Shown here one piece after another: positions 1 to 2,970 of a stretch of DNA of 5,691 nt. The stretch is from a virus. Below the pieces are notes generated by a model that was not told the DNA's origin, ran no database searches, and was given only the letters and a program-made list of their open reading frames with translations. Every line of letters begins with the position of its first letter. The first letter of the stretch is position 1. The translations under genes were made by a program, and so were the position numbers. The stretch is from positions 1 to 5,691 of the IMG/VR virus record IMGVR_UViG_3300045988_000107. The stretch is one strand, 5' to 3'.

Positions 1-77
1 TACGGCTTTTCTTAAGTCGTTGATGGTTGCTGCGGTTACTGCTCCTAGATTTGCGCCTAAGTATGCCGTGTCTGCGG
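1..77. repeat. Terminal direct repeat, left copy (circular-closure overlap)
   Basis: The 77 nt TACGGCTTTTCTTAAG...CCGTGTCTGCGG are identical to 5615..5691, compared base by base. They lie inside the VP1 reading frame. Confidence 0.97.
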
Positions 78-936
78 TTGACCCTCCCGGCAGTGTGACA
101 CCTACTGCTGTGCTTGATCTGTCTCCGTTGTTGCTGTTTTGAATTCCTGCTCTCGCTTGCGTGTTGAAGAAGATTTCCGTTTTGTTGAGTGCCGTTCCAA
201 ATATTGTGAGCTTTTCGTCTTTGTATAAGCCGACAGGTGCATTACCTTCCATCGGCAGTGTTACTGCCGGCCCGCGCTGAGGATAAGGCATACAGCTTGT
301 GAAGTAGTCGTGAAATTTGTTTACAGGTAACAGGTTTCCGCCTCTGTACGCGTTGTTTTCCGCTGTCTGCACCTCATTTTCGTCTCCAAATCCGTATTCT
401 ACGCTTGCATCGTCTGTTTTTAATACTGCTGCGTTATCTACGTTTTCATCTCTGAAAAATTCATTCCAGATTTTTACATACGCTCTTATGGGTAGTGCGT
501 TAATGCTAAATCCTTTTTTAATTTTGGTCGGTACTCCCATATAGTCTAGTATTGATCTTTCGTGTGGTTTTGGTTCTGCATCCGTTCCTTTGATATTGAT
601 TTTCGGTACTGTGTATTCTTTTTTTGGCATCCATGGCGTTTCTTCTACTTCTCCCATGAAGTATTTGAAGTTGTCCCACAGAATTCTGTTAGGACAATAG
701 AAGTAGTAGAAGTCAATGAATGCATCGTCCATCACCGGATACTTCGGTGTGCTCATTCGAATGATTGCTGCTGTATTTACGTTGAAGGTATCGCCCGGTA
801 ATACCTCGTCAACATAAAATGGAATCAGCTTGCCGGAATCGAACGTTGTTAAAATTGTCTGGTCGCGGCTGAACCGCGTTCGACTTGCTTTCATTTCCGG
901 AATCTGGTTAAAGTGTCTTTCGTTGTTTCGATTCAC
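1..936 (-). CDS. VP1: Major capsid protein VP1 (Microviridae), 5-prime part: start codon plus first 312 codons. The gene crosses the circular junction and continues from 5614 down to 4898.
   Basis: I translated all 312 minus-strand codons from GTG at 936..934 to base 1 and found no stop. AGGAGG lies 7 nt upstream of the GTG. An in-frame stop at 957..955 leaves no upstream ATG. The downstream ATG at 894 has no SD and would remove conserved residues. Product starts MNRNNERHFNQIPEMKASRTRFSRDQTILTTFDSGKLIPFYVDEVLPGDTFNVNTAAIIRMSTPKYPVMDDAFIDFYYFYCPNRILWDNF, which matches the conserved microvirus capsid N-terminal signature (TTF..G.LIP....EVLPGDTF). It is absent from the ORF track because it runs off the window edge. 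Confidence 0.92.
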   Translation of the reverse strand, partial: MNRNNERHFNQIPEMKASRTRFSRDQTILTTFDSGKLIPFYVDEVLPGDTFNVNTAAIIRMSTPKYPVMDDAFIDFYYFYCPNRILWDNFKYFMGEVEETPWMPKKEYTVPKINIKGTDAEPKPHERSILDYMGVPTKIKKGFSINALPIRAYVKIWNEFFRDENVDNAAVLKTDDASVEYGFGDENEVQTAENNAYRGGNLLPVNKFHDYFTSCMPYPQRGPAVTLPMEGNAPVGLYKDEKLTIFGTALNKTEIFFNTQARAGIQNSNNGDRSSTAVGVTLPGGSTADTAYLGANLGAVTAATINDLRKAV

Positions 937-938
937 TT

Positions 939-1331
939 TTATTCCTCCTTTGCTTCAGGTTCTGTTTTTGGTTCTGCTGCTGCCATTTTTTGCATTTCTT
1001 CAAGTTTCATGGCGTTTGCCTGTGCGGTCGCTACCATACGATGATACTCGTGAATGTTCTGCGGAAATTCTGTAATATCTGTGTATGTATCGTTTAATGC
1101 TCCTTCCGACAGATTTTTCAGAAACTGCGGGTCAAAACTTGCTTTTCGGACAATGCTTTTGATATCGCACTCATCCGCATAGCTTTCAATTTCCTGTTGG
1201 ATGTCGATTGGTGCAGTTTCTTGCAGTACTTCTTTTCCTTTTTCGTCCTTTGTCCAAACGTATTGTTTTTGCTCTTTTTCTCCCGGGTTAGAAAAGAAGG
1301 GCTTTCGCCCTTCTTCGTATCGTTTATTCAT
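939..1331 (-). CDS. VP3: Internal scaffolding protein VP3 (gokushovirus type), 130 aa
   Basis: Track ORF. GGGAGGG lies 8 nt upstream of the ATG. It sits immediately upstream of VP1; its TAA stop is 2 nt before the VP1 GTG. The protein is acidic, and its DECDIKSIVRK segment matches the (D/E)ECDIN.I..K motif I recall from gokushovirus VP3 scaffolds. Its start overlaps the preceding gene by 8 nt. Confidence 0.7.
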   Translation of the reverse strand: MNKRYEEGRKPFFSNPGEKEQKQYVWTKDEKGKEVLQETAPIDIQQEIESYADECDIKSIVRKASFDPQFLKNLSEGALNDTYTDITEFPQNIHEYHRMVATAQANAMKLEEMQKMAAAEPKTEPEAKEE

Positions 1332-1563
1332 CCGCTTTACCCTCCCATGCCTTATCGTTCATGTTCTGGAATTCGCCGGTTTCATCTTCAAACGTTGCCA
1401 GTTTATAGCCTACGTAATCGTTCGGGGACTGCCCGATGAACGTGCTCTTGTCTTTCTGCATCACGTTGCACATCCGTGCGAACGTTTCGTTGTTTTTGCT
1501 TTCACCTACCCATGCATAACATTTTGCTACCTTGTCGTAGATGCCGTAGTAACTGTGAGTCAT
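1324..1563 (-). CDS. VP5: VP5/ORF5-like small nonstructural protein (gokushovirus type), 79 aa
   Basis: Track ORF. AGGAG lies 8 nt upstream of the ATG. The pattern IYDKVAKCY...NNETFARM...SPNDYVGYKLATFEDETGEF resembles the (I/V)YD.VA..(F/Y)...N...A.R.F...P.D(Y/F).LY.(I/L)G.FD..TG pattern I recall for gokushovirus ORF5 proteins. Position upstream of VP3 is typical. The assignment is from memory and not searched. Confidence 0.55.
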   Translation of the reverse strand: MTHSYYGIYDKVAKCYAWVGESKNNETFARMCNVMQKDKSTFIGQSPNDYVGYKLATFEDETGEFQNMNDKAWEGKADE

Positions 1564-1580
1564 TTTTTTTCTCCTTTCTC

Positions 1581-1703
1581 TTAGAGCCTGATTCCGCCAC
1601 GCATAGGTTTTTGGCTGAGGTTGATAGTTTTCGTCTTTCGTGCGGTTACGTTGAACATGCGGCGGTCTTTTGCGCCGCTCATCTTCTTACGATGTTGTGC
1701 CAT
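1581..1703 (-). CDS. ORF8: Small basic DNA-binding protein (gokushovirus ORF8, functional analogue of phiX174 J), 40 aa
   Basis: Not in the ORF track (too short); found by hand translation. ATG at 1703..1701, AAGGGAG 8 nt upstream, in-frame stop upstream at 1721..1719, TAA at 1583..1581. Product MAQHRKKMSGAKDRRMFNVTARKTKTINLSQKPMRGGIRL has 12 Lys/Arg in 40 residues. It ends in the PMRGGIR(L/F) C-terminal signature of gokushovirus ORF8 proteins. It overlaps the upstream 75-aa ORF by 17 nt. An alternative internal start at 1682 would give 33 aa. Confidence 0.75.
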   Translation of the reverse strand: MAQHRKKMSGAKDRRMFNVTARKTKTINLSQKPMRGGIRL

Positions 1704-1914
1704 CGTTGTACTCCCTTCTCATTAGTTCCATTTCGATTGCGTTTGCAAAGTCTTTCATCTGCCATATTTCATCTAGCAGTTTCTTTGCATCTTCAATATT
1801 GGATACTTTGCGTAACATTTTGTATTCTTTATCGATTTCTTTATATTTTCGATTGATCAGTTCTTCCAATGCGTCTGTGGTGCTGTCTCTGACATTCCAG
1901 CTTGTCCTTGTCAT
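1687..1914 (-). CDS. Hypothetical protein, 75 aa, charged and predicted helical, no recognisable family
   Basis: Track ORF. AGGAG lies 6 nt upstream of the ATG, inside the end of the preceding 40-aa ORF (GAAAAGGAGTAAAAAATG). Packing is tight on both sides. Sequence is rich in K/E/D heptad-like segments (EELINRKYKEIDKEYKMLRK). No transmembrane stretch and no motif I recognise. Confidence 0.6.
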   Translation of the reverse strand: MTRTSWNVRDSTTDALEELINRKYKEIDKEYKMLRKVSNIEDAKKLLDEIWQMKDFANAIEMELMRREYNDGTTS

Positions 1915-1917
1915 TTT

Positions 1918-2040
1918 TTACTCCTTTTCTTTTTCGTTGATGCTATCGTGCAGTGCATGATAGATTTCGTCAAGCTTTTCAAGGATGTCCATCATGAGAC
2001 GGATTGCCTGTTTGACGTCCTTAATCGAAATAAGTGCCAT
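1918..2040 (-). CDS. Hypothetical small protein, 40 aa, amphipathic and helical-looking
   Basis: Not in the ORF track; found by hand translation. The ATG at 2040..2038 starts 2 nt after the peptidase TAA (2044..2042). AGGGGG lies 6 nt upstream. TAA at 1920..1918 lies 3 nt before the next ATG (1914). Product MALISIKDVKQAIRLMMDILEKLDEIYHALHDSINEKEKE. It exactly fills the gap between two supported genes, which argues for coding, but it is short and has no recognisable homology. Confidence 0.45.
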   Translation of the reverse strand: MALISIKDVKQAIRLMMDILEKLDEIYHALHDSINEKEKE

Positions 2041-2041
2041 G

Positions 2042-2431
2042 TTATACCCCCTTTCTGTAGGTTTTGGTACGCGTGTCAATGTGTACCCATGTTTTGTACA
2101 CGATGATGCCGCAGCCAGACGGAATGATTTTGTTTAGTTTGTTGGCAATTTCTTTTGCGGTCATGCCTTCAATCCGAATGTCTGCCGCCATTCCTCGCAT
2201 GTGGTATGAGTACTTTGCACCGCCTACTTCTTTATTCCTTGGTGGGGTCCTGTATCCGCTGTTTATGTATACCGGCCTTCCGACTTGGTTTCTAAGGATA
2301 TCCAGGATTGATACTAAATAGCTATCGATGAATACGACTTGCGAACCATCTTTGCACGCAAATTCTCGCACTTTAAAGTGCTGCCCTACTTTTTCGTTTG
2401 CGTCTGTGTCCATTATGTAGCTTTTAATCAT
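2042..2431 (-). CDS. Zinc D,D-/L,D-peptidase of the M15 family (Peptidase_M15_3 / M15A-like), a putative peptidoglycan hydrolase (endolysin), 129 aa
   Basis: Track ORF 2042..2440 begins at a TTG. I prefer the in-frame ATG at 2431..2429, with AGAAAGG 9 nt upstream and abutting the TTG. Motifs: FKVREFACKDG, NSGYRTPPRNKEVGGAKYSYHMRGMAADI (H-x6-D zinc ligands) and WVHIDTR (third His ligand). This is the layout of M15-type cell-wall peptidases found in many phage endolysins. No N-terminal signal peptide or transmembrane segment is visible. Confidence 0.85.
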   Translation of the reverse strand: MIKSYIMDTDANEKVGQHFKVREFACKDGSQVVFIDSYLVSILDILRNQVGRPVYINSGYRTPPRNKEVGGAKYSYHMRGMAADIRIEGMTAKEIANKLNKIIPSGCGIIVYKTWVHIDTRTKTYRKGV

Positions 2432-2440
2432 TTTTGTCAA
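2412..2440 (-). promoter_or_regulatory. Candidate sigma70-type promoter P2 overlapping the first codons of the peptidase gene
   Basis: Minus strand has TTGACA (2440..2435, 6/6), a 17-nt spacer, then CATAAT (2417..2412, 5/6). This is the best consensus match I found in the window. The predicted start near 2405 lies downstream of the peptidase start codons. Promoters inside upstream genes are normal in phiX174-type microviruses. Confidence 0.35.
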
Positions 2441-2456
2441 CCTTTCTCTCGATTCT

Positions 2457-2485
2457 ATTCTACCCTATGTCAATAGCCTTTTCAA
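2457..2485 (-). promoter_or_regulatory. Candidate sigma70-type promoter P1 upstream of the peptidase gene
   Basis: Minus strand has TTGAAA (2485..2480), a 17-nt spacer, then TAGAAT (2462..2457). The predicted start near 2450..2449 would give a short leader containing the AGAAAGG SD of the peptidase gene. Each hexamer matches consensus at 5/6. A match of this quality is expected by chance about once in a window this size, so the support comes mainly from its position. Confidence 0.35.
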
Positions 2486-2678
2486 TATTTTTTGAGGATT
2501 GTAATAATTTGTAACTTTTTTCCTGCTCCTTTGTTTTGAGTGGCGCTTTAGCGCCTTGCCGTATGGAGCGCAGCGGAATGCGGCTTAATCCATTCCTTTT
2601 TAGCGCTGTGCGCGTTTTCAACACTTTCAACACTTTCAACAGGTTTTCCACAAAATGTTGTACAATGATTTTCGTCAT
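2460..2678 (-). CDS. Doubtful ORF, 72 aa, lying in the noncoding region; probably not a gene
   Basis: Track ORF. It is the only minus-strand ORF without a convincing SD (GAAAG at best). Its ATG sits in the loop of the CGTCA-TTT-TGACG palindrome. Its N-terminal VENLLKVLKVLK is the translation of the TTTCAACA iterons, which also occur outside the ORF. It spans GC-rich hairpins, and its TAG overlaps a candidate -10 box. Listed only for completeness. Confidence 0.2.
   Translation of the reverse strand: MTKIIVQHFVENLLKVLKVLKTRTALKRNGLSRIPLRSIRQGAKAPLKTKEQEKSYKLLQSSKNIEKAIDIG
2542..2613. other. Cluster of GC-rich stem-loops in the noncoding region
   Basis: Three elements. GGCGC-TTTA-GCGCC at 2542..2555. 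GGAATG-CGGCTTAATC-CATTCC at 2575..2596. An enclosing stem GCGCAGCG (2568..2575) with CGCTGTGCGC (2604..2613) that has a 2-nt bulge and shares base 2575 with the inner stem, so the two cannot both form at full length. Read directly; no energy calculation was possible. Confidence 0.5.
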
Positions 2679-2790
2679 TTTGACGAACTTTCAACATTTC
2701 AACAAGTTTTCAACAAAACTTTCAACAGTGTATTTCTCTTTTAATTTTCGTTTCATCGTTAAAATTTATTACTTTTCAACTTTTCCACAG
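2615..2790 (+). repeat. Iteron array: about ten same-orientation copies of T3-4C(A/C)ACA in three clusters
   Basis: Perfect TTTCAACA starts at 2616, 2625, 2634 (cluster A) and 2689, 2697, 2708, 2720 (cluster B). TTTTCCACA is at 2644..2652 and 2781..2789. TTTTCAAC is at 2773..2780 (cluster C). Higher-order 22-nt repeat: 2634..2655 TTTCAACAGGTTTTCCACAAAA versus 2697..2718 TTTCAACAAGTTTTCAACAAAA (20/22). A related TTTTCAATA lies at 2479..2487. Confidence 0.9.
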
Positions 2791-2793
2791 CCT

Positions 2794-2808
2794 CTACTAC
2801 TACTACTA
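2794..2808. repeat. Trinucleotide microsatellite (CTA)5, reading (TAG)5 on the coding strand
   Basis: CTACTACTACTACTA read directly from the sequence. It lies between iteron cluster C and the AT-rich/GC-rich element. Confidence 0.9.
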
Positions 2809-2822
2809 CAACAAGTTAATAT

Positions 2823-2876
2823 TATATCGCGCGTGCGCGCGTGCGCGCTATCGCGCGTGTGCGCATGTGCGTTATA
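2823..2876. repeat. Tandem pair of about 24-nt alternating pyrimidine-G tracts, forming an imperfect palindrome flanked by TATAT/TTATA
   Basis: Unit 1 at 2828..2851 is CGCGCGTGCGCGCGTGCGCGCTAT. Unit 2 at 2852..2875 is CGCGCGTGTGCGCATGTGCGTTAT. They share 20/24 identity as direct repeats. Each contains a 21-nt perfectly alternating Py-Pu run (2828..2848 and 2852..2872). It is by far the most GC-rich patch in an otherwise AT-rich noncoding region. Confidence 0.9.
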
Positions 2877-2885
2877 GATTATTTG

Positions 2886-2903
2886 ATAGACTGAATAGAC
2901 TGA
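2886..2903. repeat. Perfect tandem 9-mer ATAGACTGA x2
   Basis: ATAGACTGA occurs at 2886..2894 and 2895..2903. A partial third copy, ATAGATTA, is at 2874..2881. Confidence 0.85.
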
Positions 2904-2927
2904 TACATGGAGCCTTTAGGCGACAAA

Positions 2928-2959
2928 AGCCCAGTACCTTACTTGATAGGTACTGGGCT
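2928..2959 (-). terminator. Candidate intrinsic terminator downstream of VP4 (end of the single transcription unit)
   Basis: On the minus strand, starting 12 nt after the VP4 TAA: AGCCCAGTACC, loop TATCAAGTAA, GGTACTGGGCT. This is a perfect 11-bp stem with a 10-nt loop, followed by TTTGTCGCC. The T-run is short (CTTTTG counting the last stem base). The T-run exists only in the minus orientation. Confidence 0.5.
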
Positions 2960-2970
2960 AGGTGACACCG

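Noticed and set aside
1-77. The terminal 77-nt repeat as a biological direct terminal repeat, a packaging end, or a mobile-element boundary.
   Set aside because: It sits in the middle of the capsid reading frame, which is restored exactly by circularisation. Microviruses have circular genomes. The length equals a common assembler k-mer size.
892-894. ATG at 894 as the VP1 start, instead of the GTG at 936.
   Set aside because: It has no SD upstream. It would remove the conserved HFNQIP segment. The GTG has a perfect AGGAGG at 7 nt spacing.
830-1075. Plus-strand 81-aa ORF with a hydrophobic stretch (LLQVLFLVLLLPFFAFLQV), considered as a possible holin for the peptidase.
   Set aside because: It starts at TTG with no SD, lies antisense across the VP3/VP1 junction, and its hydrophobicity follows from T-rich antisense codons. 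It would also need a plus-strand promoter, and I saw no evidence for one.
2575-2601. Plus-strand hairpin GGAATG...CATTCC followed by TTTTT, resembling a plus-strand intrinsic terminator.
   Set aside because: There is no credible plus-strand gene or promoter for it to terminate. The stem is only 6 bp and AT-rich. It is better explained as part of the structured block at 2542..2613.
2691-2693. The TGA separating the 21-codon and 72-aa ORFs read as Trp (genetic code 4, Mollicutes host), or as programmed read-through.
   Set aside because: The large conserved genes are uninterrupted under the standard code and use TGG for Trp. VP2 terminates with TGA in an ATGA overlap with VP4. Nothing else suggests code 4.
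2615-2790. The iteron clusters read as a CRISPR or mini-CRISPR array, or as a CRISPR-repeat mimic.
   Set aside because: The units are only 8-10 nt and mostly abut each other. There are no 25-40 nt repeats separated by unique spacers of similar length.
2808-2826. Resemblance to known rolling-circle nick sites. Plus-strand TAATATTAT (2817..2825) matches the geminivirus nonanucleotide TAATATTAC at 8 of 9. Coding-strand ATATTAACTTG shares AACTTG and an AT-rich run with the phiX174 origin core CAACTTGATATTAATAAC.
   Set aside because: The matches are 6-9 nt in AT-rich DNA and are expected by chance. The nonanucleotide-like motif lies beside the stem, not in its loop, and on the non-coding strand. 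The order of the phiX-like parts is inverted. It is worth including in a nicking assay but is not evidence by itself.
2821-2826. Perfect TATAAT on the coding strand, just downstream of the GC-rich element, as the main promoter -10 box.
   Set aside because: The sequence 17 nt upstream is AGCGCG, with no -35 similarity, and there is no TG extension (CGA precedes the hexamer). A lone TATAAT in AT-rich DNA is weak evidence.
2536-2877. Plus-strand 113-aa ORF spanning the whole iteron and GC-rich region (FNTFNTFNRFSTK...).
   Set aside because: It has a TTG start and no SD. Its sequence is just the iterons and alternating tracts read in a frame that happens to lack stops.
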